Below, in pieces: positions 47,359 through 56,375 of a DNA stretch of 64,000 nt. A program made the translations under genes and the position numbers. A model generated the notes under the pieces. It searched no databases. It had not been told where the DNA came from and was given only the letters and a program-made list of their open reading frames with translations. Positions within the stretch are counted from its first letter, which is position 1. Each line of letters opens with the position of its first letter. The stretch is from Minisyncoccota bacterium (lineage in GTDB: Bacteria > Patescibacteriota > Minisyncoccia > UBA6257 > 2-01-FULL-56-20), in the NCBI GenBank assembly GCA_022843285.1, contig JALHNY010000003.1, positions 25,533 to 89,532 on the forward strand, in the 5' to 3' direction.

Positions 47359-48693
47359 ATGCTAAATATCAAAGATATCGGTAAGGCTCTGAAGCAGATT
47401 GCTGATGAGAAGGGCCTCCCCCAAGACAAGGTCCTAGAGGCCATCGAATACGCCATCGCCACCGCGTACAAAAAGGAGTACGGCGGCAAGAGCGAGATCA
47501 TCAAAGCGAACCTGGACATCAACTCCGGGGCTCTGACCTTTTGGAAGGAAAAGACCGTCGTGGACGAGACCATCGTTCGCTTCGTCACCCCCGAAGAGGA
47601 GGCCGCAGAGGAAGAGGCGCGCACGCTCGCACTTCAGCAGGGACTTCGCCCCGCTTCACCTGATGCAGAGGTTGATGAGGATGGGCAGCCCAAGCTCCCG
47701 CGGTACAACCCGGAGCGCCACATGCTCCTCGATGAGGCGAAGGCCATCAAGCCAGACGCAAGCATCGGAGACGTGCTGACCTTCCCGCTTGAAGCTCGTG
47801 AGGACTTCGGGCGCATCGCTGCGCAGGCAGCCAAGCAGGTTGTCATGCAGCGCCTCCGTGAGTCTGAGCGCTCACTCATCCTGGATGAGTGGCGCGGCAA
47901 GGAGGGGCAGATTGTTTCGGGCACCGTCCAGCGCTACGAGCGTGGCCACGTGTACATCGACTTCGGTCGAGCGACGGGCGTCATGTTCTACAACGAGTCG
48001 ATTCCGGGTGAGCACTACCGCACCGGAGATCGTCTGCGCTTCTACGTGCTCGCCGTGCAGGAGGACACCCGCATGCCGGGCATCATCCTGTCCCGCTCGC
48101 ACCCGATGTTCGTGCAGAAGCTCTTTGAACTCGAGGTGCCGGAACTCGCAGAGGGCGCCGTCGAGATTAAGGGCATCGCACGTGAGGCGGGGAGCCGCAC
48201 GAAGGTTGCCGCGCAGTCTCACGCGCCAGGTGTGGATCCGATCGGCTCCTTCGTCGGTCAGCGCGGCACGCGCGTCATGGCTGTGACCAACGAGCTCGGA
48301 CAGGAGAAGATCGACATCATCGAGTGGTCTGAGGAGCCGGAGGTGTTCATCGCCAACTCGCTGTCACCGGCGAAGGTGAACGTGGTGGAAACCATGGATC
48401 GCCGCGAGGCGCGCGTCTTCGTTCCGGAAGATCAGCTCTCACTGGCAATCGGTAAGGGCGGGCAGAACGTGCGCCTCGCCGCGAAGCTCACCGGATGGAA
48501 GATCGACGTTCGTTCGAGCTCTGATCCGGATGCAACTCAGGAGGGTGGCGTCGCCACCAGCGAGGGGGAGACGCTCGCTGACGACGTGGACGAGGCGGTA
48601 GACATTACCTCGGCAGATCCTGAAGAGCTCGCAGAGGAGGGAGCAGAGATTGCCGCAGAGGAGGAGGTGGTCGAAGAAGAGAAGCAGGCCTAA
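47359..48693 (+). CDS. nusA: Transcription termination/antitermination factor NusA
   Basis: FGRIAAQAAKQ, S1 and KH domains (AREAGSRTKVA, SLAIGKGGQNVRLAAKLTGWKIDV). Confidence 0.97.
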   Translation: MLNIKDIGKALKQIADEKGLPQDKVLEAIEYAIATAYKKEYGGKSEIIKANLDINSGALTFWKEKTVVDETIVRFVTPEEEAAEEEARTLALQQGLRPASPDAEVDEDGQPKLPRYNPERHMLLDEAKAIKPDASIGDVLTFPLEAREDFGRIAAQAAKQVVMQRLRESERSLILDEWRGKEGQIVSGTVQRYERGHVYIDFGRATGVMFYNESIPGEHYRTGDRLRFYVLAVQEDTRMPGIILSRSHPMFVQKLFELEVPELAEGAVEIKGIAREAGSRTKVAAQSHAPGVDPIGSFVGQRGTRVMAVTNELGQEKIDIIEWSEEPEVFIANSLSPAKVNVVETMDRREARVFVPEDQLSLAIGKGGQNVRLAAKLTGWKIDVRSSSDPDATQEGGVATSEGETLADDVDEAVDITSADPEELAEEGAEIAAEEEVVEEEKQA

Positions 48694-48699
48694 CGAGCA

Positions 48700-49236
48700 A
48701 TGAACGTCATCCACGGCCTAGGAGCAGGGGAAAAGGCTCCAGAGATTGTCACCGGAGTCATTGAGATTCCGAAGGGCAGCCAGAACAAGTACGAGTACGA
48801 TGAGGAGAGGGGAGTTTTCACTCTCGATCGCGTGCTCTACTCGCCGATGCACTACCCGCTAGACTACGGTTTCATCCCGGGTACGCGATCGGAAGACGGG
48901 GATCACCTCGACGTGATGGTCATCGGCTCTGATCCGGTGTTCACGGGGTGCGTCGTTGACGTGCGGCCGGTCGGCCTCCTCGAGATGATCGACAGCGGCG
49001 AGAAGGACTACAAGATTCTCGCGGTCCAGGTGCAGAACCCTCGCCTGGCGCACCTGAGAGACATCCAAGACGTTGAAGCATGGAACGGGCACCTCCTGAA
49101 AGAAATTGCCCACTTCATGGAGTCCTACAAGCACCTCGAGGGCAAGAAGGCGGAAGTCGCAGAATGGCTCGATGCCAAGGCAGCCCAGAAGGAAATTGTG
49201 GACGCCATGGCAGCATTTGCAGCAGAATCAAAGTAA
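48700..49236 (+). CDS. ppa: Family I inorganic pyrophosphatase
   Basis: IEIPKGS.NKYEYD, DRVL, YGFIP, DGDHLD. Confidence 0.95.
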   Translation: MNVIHGLGAGEKAPEIVTGVIEIPKGSQNKYEYDEERGVFTLDRVLYSPMHYPLDYGFIPGTRSEDGDHLDVMVIGSDPVFTGCVVDVRPVGLLEMIDSGEKDYKILAVQVQNPRLAHLRDIQDVEAWNGHLLKEIAHFMESYKHLEGKKAEVAEWLDAKAAQKEIVDAMAAFAAESK

Positions 49237-49240
49237 AGTA

Positions 49241-49825
49241 ATGAACCTCATCCCAACAGTTATCGAGAAATCCCAGTTCGGAGAGCGGGCGTACGACATC
49301 TACTCGCGCCTGCTCAACGAGCGCATCATTTTCCTGGGCGGCCCCATCTACGATGATGTAGCCAACACGATCATCGCGCAGCTCCTGTTCCTGGACTACG
49401 CGGATTCTAAGAAGGACATTCACCTGTACATCAACAGCCCCGGTGGTTCGGTGGTGTCCGGCATGGCCATCTATGACGTGATGCAGTACGTGAAGGCAGA
49501 TGTCTCAACCATCTGCGTCGGCATCGCCGCTTCAATGGGGGCGACGCTCCTGGCCGCCGGTGCGAAGGGCAAGCGGCACGCTCTCCCTAACGCGGAGGTG
49601 ATGATCCACCAGGTCATGAGTGGCGGCATCGAGGGGCAGGCTACGGACATTGAAATTGCGGCGAAGCACATCCTGCACACCAAGGAGCGCATGAACGAGA
49701 TTCTCGCGAAGCACACGGGGCAGACTGTCGCGCGCATTGCCAAGGACACCGACCGTGACAACTACATGTCCGCCGAGGAGGCGAAAAAGTACGGAATGAT
49801 CGACTCGGTTATCAAGACGCACTAG
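49241..49825 (+). CDS. clpP: ATP-dependent Clp protease proteolytic subunit
   Basis: [40 protein letters not shown]. Confidence 0.97.
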   Translation: MNLIPTVIEKSQFGERAYDIYSRLLNERIIFLGGPIYDDVANTIIAQLLFLDYADSKKDIHLYINSPGGSVVSGMAIYDVMQYVKADVSTICVGIAASMGATLLAAGAKGKRHALPNAEVMIHQVMSGGIEGQATDIEIAAKHILHTKERMNEILAKHTGQTVARIAKDTDRDNYMSAEEAKKYGMIDSVIKTH

Positions 49826-49839
49826 CGCCCGCACGAGGG

Positions 49840-49872
49840 CAAGAGCCGGCCCCGGGGCCGGCTCTTGTTTTT
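49840..49872. terminator. Intrinsic terminator
   Basis: CAAGAGCCGGCCCCGGGGCCGGCTCTTG followed by a T run. Confidence 0.75.
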
Positions 49873-50539
49873 ACCGAGATGCCCGCAGCGCGCTCGCGAT
49901 GTCATCCCACGTCCGGTACCGCTCCGCTTCCCCGTACCCCTTGCTGGTTTTGCCGTTGTCGTAGAGGTAGACGGTGCCGCGGTAGCCGAGATCGGCTAGC
50001 TGCCCGGGGAGTTCCGGGTGATCATCCACGATGCCGATGACGTGCGGGTAGAGCCTCACGAGGAGGCGAGCCTTCCAGCTGTTCTTCTCCTCAAAGGAGG
50101 TCTGCTTGCTGCGCATGATGAGCGGGGCATCCGGAAAGCCGTGCTCGGCGAGCCAGCGCTGCGTGCCCTCGAGCACTGACTCGGGGCGGGCGGTAATGTA
50201 CGCGGCAATCTCGTGCGTATCGCCGAGACCGGCTACAGCTTCCCTAGCTTCTGGGATGACGGGCATGCTCGCGTTGAAGTCATTGGAGTGCACCAGCTCC
50301 TGCAAACGCGCGAGGGCCTCGTCGCTCTTCCAGTACGGGACGTTATCGAACCAGCCGTACTTCGCCACAACTTCTTCCCGCGTCAGTGACTCAGGGTTTG
50401 CGAAAGAATCGAGCATTTCCTGCACCCAGCGTGAGTCCGTGTACGAGAGCGTGTCGTCGATATCCAGGGCTAGTCCCGGCTTCGCGAGCTTCGAGCAGTG
50501 CTCAATGAGCTCATCTTCAGAGAGCGGCGCGTACGGCAT
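49871..50539 (-). CDS. HAD-like 5'(3')-nucleotidase family protein
   Basis: DIDDTL, YITAR, TQRWLAEHGFP, IVDD. Confidence 0.7.
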   Translation of the reverse strand: MPYAPLSEDELIEHCSKLAKPGLALDIDDTLSYTDSRWVQEMLDSFANPESLTREEVVAKYGWFDNVPYWKSDEALARLQELVHSNDFNASMPVIPEAREAVAGLGDTHEIAAYITARPESVLEGTQRWLAEHGFPDAPLIMRSKQTSFEEKNSWKARLLVRLYPHVIGIVDDHPELPGQLADLGYRGTVYLYDNGKTSKGYGEAERYRTWDDIASALRASR

Positions 50540-50541
50540 GG

Positions 50542-51759
50542 CTACGAGACCCTGAAGTGCACGAACCGGTGCTTGCCCACTTTGAGGCGCAGGTCTGCCT
50601 CAATGGGGAGCAGGGCGTCTCCAATCTTTCCTCCGGCATCGAGGTCTGAGATAGCCCCGTTTTCGATGAGGCGGCGGACATCAGTCTTGGAAGAGGCGAG
50701 CCCCGCATCGACGAGGGCTTCGATGAGCGGCGTGCCGGATTTCACGGAGTGCTCGGGGATCTCATCCGGCGTGCCGCCCTCGCTGAATGTGGCGATCCAG
50801 GACTCGCGCGCGGCTTTCGCGGCGCTGTCATCGTGGTACGTGCGCACGATTTCTTCAGCGAGTTCGAGCTTGAGGTTTTTGGGGTTTTCCCCTCCGTTGA
50901 GCCGCTCGTACTTCTCCTCCACCTCGGGGAGGGGGAGGCGGGTGCAGTCCACGAAGACCTGGATGATGCCCTCGTCGGGGAGCGCCATGACTTTGCCGAA
51001 CATCTGGTCCGGAGTCTCGTTGAGCCCGATGCCCGTCCCCGCGCTCTTGCTCATCATTTTCTCTCCGGTCGCGGGGTTCTCGAGCAGGGTCGTGGTGATC
51101 ACAAACTTCTCGCGGCCGAGGTACCGCTTCACGAGCGTCCTGCCGGCCAGCATGTTGAACGTCTGGTCCGTGCCGCCCACCTCGAGGTCAACGTCGAGTG
51201 CCACGGAGTCGTACCCCTGCATGAGCGGGTAGAAGAACTCGTGCACGTACAGGGGCTTCTGCTCCTTGATGCGCTTCTCGAACATGTCGCGCTCGAGCAT
51301 CTGCTGCACGGTGAAGCTGCTCGCGAGATCGGCGAGCTTCTCAAAGTTGAGATCCTTGAGCCACGCGCTGTTGAACTTGAACTCAATCGGGTTGCGCTTG
51401 TCCTCGAAGGGGAGAATTTTGCCAATCTGCTCTTTGAAGGTCGCGAGGTTCTTTTCTATCTCCTCGCGGGTGAGGCGGACGCGCGCTGACATCTTGTCCG
51501 TCGGATCGCCGATCATGGCGGTGAAGTCACCGACCAGCACGACAATCTTGTGGCCGAGGTTGTGTAGCCTTTCGAGCAGGAGGTAGTTGGTCGCGTGGCC
51601 CAGGTGGACGTAGTCAGCCGTCGGGTCGATGCCGACGTACACCTTGAGCTGCTTGCCGGAGCTGAGCGCCTCGCGGAGCTGGTCCGCGTCCGGGTACACC
51701 GTGTCGACGGAGCGCGAGAGGATTTCCTCGATCAGGGTCGGGTCGGTGTTTATCTGCAT
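50542..51759 (-). CDS. tyrS: Tyrosyl-tRNA synthetase
   Basis: GIDPTA..HLGH, IGDPT, YPLMQGYD, GGTDQTFN, MMSKS, S4-like C-terminus. Confidence 0.97.
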   Translation of the reverse strand: MQINTDPTLIEEILSRSVDTVYPDADQLREALSSGKQLKVYVGIDPTADYVHLGHATNYLLLERLHNLGHKIVVLVGDFTAMIGDPTDKMSARVRLTREEIEKNLATFKEQIGKILPFEDKRNPIEFKFNSAWLKDLNFEKLADLASSFTVQQMLERDMFEKRIKEQKPLYVHEFFYPLMQGYDSVALDVDLEVGGTDQTFNMLAGRTLVKRYLGREKFVITTTLLENPATGEKMMSKSAGTGIGLNETPDQMFGKVMALPDEGIIQVFVDCTRLPLPEVEEKYERLNGGENPKNLKLELAEEIVRTYHDDSAAKAARESWIATFSEGGTPDEIPEHSVKSGTPLIEALVDAGLASSKTDVRRLIENGAISDLDAGGKIGDALLPIEADLRLKVGKHRFVHFRVS

Positions 51760-51790
51760 ACGTGCGATTTTAGCACGCCAGAACGTTCGG

Positions 51791-51861
51791 AGCGGGTAAG
51801 GGGAATCGAACCCCTATCTTCACCTTGGAAGGGTGACGTACTACCACTATACGATACCCGC
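51791..51861 (-). tRNA. tRNA-Gly(TCC)
   Basis: GCGGGTA...TCACC-CTTCCAA-GGTGA...GGGGTTCGATTCCCC-TTACCCGC-T. Confidence 0.93.
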
Positions 51862-51950
51862 GTGGTGCCGTAATACTACGAAAACCGAGAAAAAAGGCTA
51901 GGTTACGTTCCCTTACCACCCCGGGCTTTCAGCCGTACAATGCCCTCGAA

Positions 51951-52023
51951 GCACCCATAGCTCAACGGTTAGAGCAGTCGTCTTATACACGACCGGTTCC
52001 TGGTTCGAGTCCAGGTGGGTGCA
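51951..52023 (+). tRNA. tRNA-Ile(TAT), UAU anticodon
   Basis: GCACCCA TAGCTCAACGGTTAGAGC A GTCGT-CTTATAC-ACGAC...CCTGGTTCGAGTCCAGG TGGGTGC-A. Confidence 0.9.
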
Positions 52024-52027
52024 CCCG

Positions 52028-52759
52028 CTACGGATTGGTCGCCGGGGTCGAGGTGGTCGGCTCTCCCTCGAGCTCTAGATCAACGGTCGTGGTCGCCGTT
52101 TCGGTGGTACTGGTGCTCGTGGTTGCCATGGGAGCCTCAAAGAAAATTCTGCGCGAGGTGCTGCGGCTGCGCCCGAGGAGCTTGGATGCCTCCACGGTGA
52201 AATCGTTAGGGGTGCCGGGCTGGAGGTTCACCTCCTTCTCCCACGTGCCCGCTTCGGTGAGCGGAACCGCCTCGCCGTTAATCGTCACGCGACTGCCGGG
52301 CGTTGCGGTGCCAGCAATCTTTGCCGGGCTCTCCGTATACACGATGCCATCGCGGTCCGGATCGGTGATGGCAACGTCTGGCAAGCCGAGAATGGCCGCG
52401 AAGCGGAATCCGACGAACGTGAGCAGGAGCAAAATGACGGGCACGCCCCAGAGGAGCCAGCGTGGCGCGCGGTTGCGGGAGAAGCGGTTGCGGGGGAGGA
52501 GGTCTCCGGTGCCGGAGCTCTTCACGGGTTCGGCGCGCTTGATCTGCTGCCACCAGGCCTCGCCATCGAAATCGAGCAGGGTGCCGAGCTTGACGAGGTA
52601 GCCGTGCAGGTAGGGGGCGGCGGGGAGGTTCGAGTGGTCACCCTGGGCGAGCTGCTCGAGGACGGCGATGGGCACGCCAGTGGAATCGGCGGCCTGCTGG
52701 AGGGAGAGCTTGCGTTCGCGGAGCTTGGTGAGGAGGAGTGTGGAGAGGTCTTCGTGCAT
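52028..52759 (-). CDS. RodZ-like HTH-TM protein with extracellular Ig-like domain
   Basis: LRERKLSLQQAADST...LPAAPYLHGYL, one TM, Ig-like C-terminus; follows ftsK. Confidence 0.75.
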   Translation of the reverse strand: MHEDLSTLLLTKLRERKLSLQQAADSTGVPIAVLEQLAQGDHSNLPAAPYLHGYLVKLGTLLDFDGEAWWQQIKRAEPVKSSGTGDLLPRNRFSRNRAPRWLLWGVPVILLLLTFVGFRFAAILGLPDVAITDPDRDGIVYTESPAKIAGTATPGSRVTINGEAVPLTEAGTWEKEVNLQPGTPNDFTVEASKLLGRSRSTSRRIFFEAPMATTSTSTTETATTTVDLELEGEPTTSTPATNP

Positions 52760-54922
52760 TTAGGCTTCCAGGAAATCCTCGATCTTATCCATGAAAACCT
52801 CACGGGGTTTCGCGCCGTCTCCGGGGCCGATGAGGTCCCTGGCCTCCATGATGTCCAGGAGGCGGGCAGCACGGGCGTACCCGACCTTCAGGCGGCGCTG
52901 GAGCAGAGAAGCTGAGGCTTTCTGGGCCATCCCGACGGTCGTGACCGCTTCGTGGAGAAGATCGTCTTCTTCCTCATCTTCCATGAAGGTGTCGAGGTTG
53001 TCGAGGGAGTTGGCGGCGGGGCGCTCCTCGCCGTCCTCCACCTCTGTTTCGGGCTGCACCACGTTGTTGTGCTGCTTCACGAAGTCGGTGACCTTGGTGA
53101 TTTCGTCTTCGGTCAGGTAGGCGCCCTGGATGCGCTTCGGCTGCGTGTGCTGCGGGGAAAGGAAGAGGAGGTCTCCGCCGCCGAGGAGCTTCTCGGCGCC
53201 AGAGCCATCGAGGATCGTGCGCGAGTCGATCTGGCTCGCCACCTGCAGCGCGATGCGGTTCGTGATATTCGCCTTGATGAGGCCGGTGATGACCTCAACG
53301 GACGGGCGCTGCGTGGCGAGGATGAGGTGGATGCCGGTCGCGCGCGCCATCTGCGCGAGGCGGATGATGTATCCCTCGACCTCGCGTCCGAAGGTAGCCA
53401 TGAGGTCCGCCATCTCGTCGATGACGATGACGATGTACGGCATGGCGCTGTCCTTGTGCTTGGCGTTGTAGCTGGCGATGTCACGGCTGCCCACCTGGGC
53501 GAAGAGCTCGTAGCGCTGCTCCATTTCCTGGATAGCCCAGCGGAGGACGGCGAGCGCTTTCTTGTTCTCCGTCACCACGGGGAGCGCGAGGTGGGGGAGC
53601 GAGGCGTACATGGAGAGCTCCACGCGCTTGGGATCCACGAGCGCGAGGCGGAGCGTCGCTGGGGAGTTCTTGAACAGCAGCGAGGTGATGAGGGAGTGCA
53701 CGAAGATGGACTTTCCAGATCCGGTCGCGCCGGCAACGAGGAGGTGGGGCATCTTGGCGATGCTCGCAAAAATGGGGTCGCCGGATACGTCGCGCCCGAG
53801 CGGGATGCCGAGCGGGCCGGAAGCCATGAACTCGGGGTACTGCAGCAGGCTGCCGAGGCGCACCATGGCCGCCTGCTTGTTGGGCACCTCGATGCCCACG
53901 AGGCTCTTGCCCGGAATGGGAGCCTCGATGCGGATGGGGTGCGCGGCTAGCGCGAGCGAGAGATCCTGGCCGAGGTTGGTGATGCGCGTGAGCTTCACGC
54001 CCTCTGCTGGCTTGAGCGAGTAGCGCGTGACCTTGGGGCCGACCGTGATCTCGCCCATGTCCACGGCGATGCCGAAGCTCTCGAGCGTGCGCTTGATGAT
54101 GTTCGCGTTCGCGCGCAGGTCACCGGTGGTGGGCTTATCCGCACCCGAGTTGAGGAGATCGAGAGGCGGCGGGGTGTAGTCCGCGGGGAGCCCCTGCAGC
54201 ACCTCACCCTTGCGCTTCTTGGGTGCGGCAGCTTCCTTCCTGCTCGAAGAGGGCGAGGGTTCGTCGTCGAGCTCCTCTCCATCGGCGGCAACCTCGACCT
54301 CCTCTTCAATGACTTCTTCCTCGTACTCCTCCTCCTCGGGTTCTTCCTCGTAAGCCTCTTCGTACTCCTCCTCGTCCACGCTCTCAGCTTCGGTCTTCGT
54401 GAAGAGCGCCGCGATGCGAGACCTCAAATTGAGCGGGCGGTTGGTGGCGATGAGCACACCCGCAAAGAGGATGAGCACGTTGATGACGCCCGCGGCGAGC
54501 CTCCCGAAGGGGATGGTGAGGAAGCCGAAAATCATGCCGAGGTAGCCACCGGCGAGGTGCGCGTACACCTCGAGGAGCGCGAGGCTGGCGAGGCCAGCGA
54601 GGCTCGCGCCGAGCAGGACGGTCTTGAGGATGTTGCGGCGCTCGGAGAACAGGAGGATGGCCGCTGATCCGAGGAGCAGGACGGGCAGCACGAGGTACCC
54701 GAAGCCGAAGAGGGCCGTGACGACATCAGAGATGAACGCTCCGGCGGGGCCAGCCTGCTGCCACTTTGCGAGGAGCAGGAGGGCGGCGACGCCGATGAGG
54801 CAGATTGCCACGACGCTCGCGCGGGTGTCCGGGTGCAGGTCCTCGTACACCTCCTTGATGGGTCTGATGGCGTGCTTGCGCAGGCGAGAGGGTGAGGATT
54901 CCGTGTCCTTCTTTTTAGCCAT
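52760..54922 (-). CDS. ftsK: DNA translocase FtsK/SpoIIIE
   Basis: N-terminal TMs, RIEAPIPGK, MPHLLVAGATGSGKS, DPKRVEL, ATQRPSV, gamma domain SASLLQRRLKVGYARAARL. Confidence 0.96.
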   Translation of the reverse strand: MAKKKDTESSPSRLRKHAIRPIKEVYEDLHPDTRASVVAICLIGVAALLLLAKWQQAGPAGAFISDVVTALFGFGYLVLPVLLLGSAAILLFSERRNILKTVLLGASLAGLASLALLEVYAHLAGGYLGMIFGFLTIPFGRLAAGVINVLILFAGVLIATNRPLNLRSRIAALFTKTEAESVDEEEYEEAYEEEPEEEEYEEEVIEEEVEVAADGEELDDEPSPSSSRKEAAAPKKRKGEVLQGLPADYTPPPLDLLNSGADKPTTGDLRANANIIKRTLESFGIAVDMGEITVGPKVTRYSLKPAEGVKLTRITNLGQDLSLALAAHPIRIEAPIPGKSLVGIEVPNKQAAMVRLGSLLQYPEFMASGPLGIPLGRDVSGDPIFASIAKMPHLLVAGATGSGKSIFVHSLITSLLFKNSPATLRLALVDPKRVELSMYASLPHLALPVVTENKKALAVLRWAIQEMEQRYELFAQVGSRDIASYNAKHKDSAMPYIVIVIDEMADLMATFGREVEGYIIRLAQMARATGIHLILATQRPSVEVITGLIKANITNRIALQVASQIDSRTILDGSGAEKLLGGGDLLFLSPQHTQPKRIQGAYLTEDEITKVTDFVKQHNNVVQPETEVEDGEERPAANSLDNLDTFMEDEEEDDLLHEAVTTVGMAQKASASLLQRRLKVGYARAARLLDIMEARDLIGPGDGAKPREVFMDKIEDFLEA

Positions 54923-54991
54923 GTATGAGGCAATTAAATAGGAAAAAGGCGCTCACGGAAAGCGCCCTCCTCATTTTTGGTCTGATTGAAC

Positions 54992-55675
54992 CTACGCGGA
55001 TGCCCCGCGCGAGCTGGGCATCCAGAACTGCCCGGCGTGGCTCTCGAGCCTCTCCAACAGCGACGCTGCCGTCGCGGCAACGCCCGCTTCGAGCGTGCCG
55101 AGCGTGATGCTCGGGACGAACTCTTCAGGCGTGAAGATGCGCGCCGCAGCCTTTCGTTCCGCAGAGGCGTTCGCCAAGCGGAGAGCGATCTGCTCGTCGG
55201 TCTCGTTGCTGGTTGCCTGGCGAGCCCTGAGCCGCTTCCTGAGCACACCTGGCGGCGTGTCCAGAAAGAAGAAGCACCCCAGCGGGAGAGACGGGCGGAT
55301 TGCTTCGATGCCCTGGACGTCAATTTCCAGGAACACGAACTTGCCCGAAAGGATTGCCTCGTGCAGCGGCTCGGCGGACGTGCCGTACCAGTTGCCGTGC
55401 ACCTCCTTGCACTCGAGGAACGCGTTCGCTTCGCGGAGCTCCTCGAACGCCTTTTGGGTCACGAAGTGGTAGTCCACCCCGTCACGCTCGCCGGTGCGCG
55501 GATGGCGCGTGGTGTGCGAGACGCTGAAGTGGATGTGCTGCCCGTATTGCTTGCGGATGTGCTTCACGAGCTCCCCCTTGCCAGCCCCGGACGGGCCAGA
55601 CAGAGAGAAGAGCTTGGTGCCATCAAAAGATACAAACCCGTATTGGCACAGGTTTGCCAAGTTCACGTACGTCAT
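54992..55675 (-). CDS. gmk: Guanylate kinase
   Basis: SGPSGAGKG, SVSHTTRHPRTGERDGVDYHFV, HGNWYGT, EIDVQG. Confidence 0.9.
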   Translation of the reverse strand: MTYVNLANLCQYGFVSFDGTKLFSLSGPSGAGKGELVKHIRKQYGQHIHFSVSHTTRHPRTGERDGVDYHFVTQKAFEELREANAFLECKEVHGNWYGTSAEPLHEAILSGKFVFLEIDVQGIEAIRPSLPLGCFFFLDTPPGVLRKRLRARQATSNETDEQIALRLANASAERKAAARIFTPEEFVPSITLGTLEAGVAATAASLLERLESHAGQFWMPSSRGASA

Positions 55676-55784
55676 AAGTTACCTCTCTTGTATTCAGTTT
55701 TGAAAAATCGTGGGAATACGTAACCACAATTCACGTAGTATGTCCACCCTTCCCCTCGGGGAGTCGTGCCCCTAGAGTGTCCCC

Positions 55785-56375
55785 ATGACCCAGGGGGACA
55801 CTCTCGTGTTCGACATCGAGACGAGCAACTTCTTCACCGATTCCAGCGTGGGGTGGGGCAACTTTGAGGCCATCAGCATATCGGTGGTGGGCGTGTACTC
55901 GTACCAGAGAGATGAGTACGCCTGCTTCGAGGCGCACGAGGAGGGCGCTCTCAGGGAGTGGTTCTCCGGTGCCTCCAAGCTGGTCGGGTTCGCCAGCAAC
56001 CGGTACGACACGCCCGTCCTGAATTTGTACTTCAAGCGGAGCGGTGCGGGAGAACACTTGGACCTCTGGAAGAAGCAGCGGGTGGACCTGCTCGAGGAGA
56101 TAGAGCTCACCACGGGTAACCGCATCAGCCTGTCGCGCCTGGCAGAGGCGAACCTCGGCGTGGCGAAGAGCCAGCACGGCAGCGAGGCAATCACGATGTT
56201 CCGCGAGGGGAGAATTGATGAGCTGAAGGAGTACTGCCTCAAGGACGTGCGCCTCACCCGGGAGCTGTACGATATTTTTGTGTCTAAGAGAGAGCTCATC
56301 ATTCCGGATCGTGAGACCGGCAAGCCGACCACCATCAAGTTCGATGCACCTTCCATCCAGCTACCGCTATTTTGA
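55785..56375 (+). CDS. RNase H-like / DEDD exonuclease domain protein
   Basis: FDIET...VGF..NRYD...DLL...YCLKDVRLT. Confidence 0.75.
   Translation: MTQGDTLVFDIETSNFFTDSSVGWGNFEAISISVVGVYSYQRDEYACFEAHEEGALREWFSGASKLVGFASNRYDTPVLNLYFKRSGAGEHLDLWKKQRVDLLEEIELTTGNRISLSRLAEANLGVAKSQHGSEAITMFREGRIDELKEYCLKDVRLTRELYDIFVSKRELIIPDRETGKPTTIKFDAPSIQLPLF

Noticed and set aside
54260-54400. GAG-rich simple repeats
   Set aside because: They encode the acidic linker of FtsK; ordinary low-complexity coding sequence.
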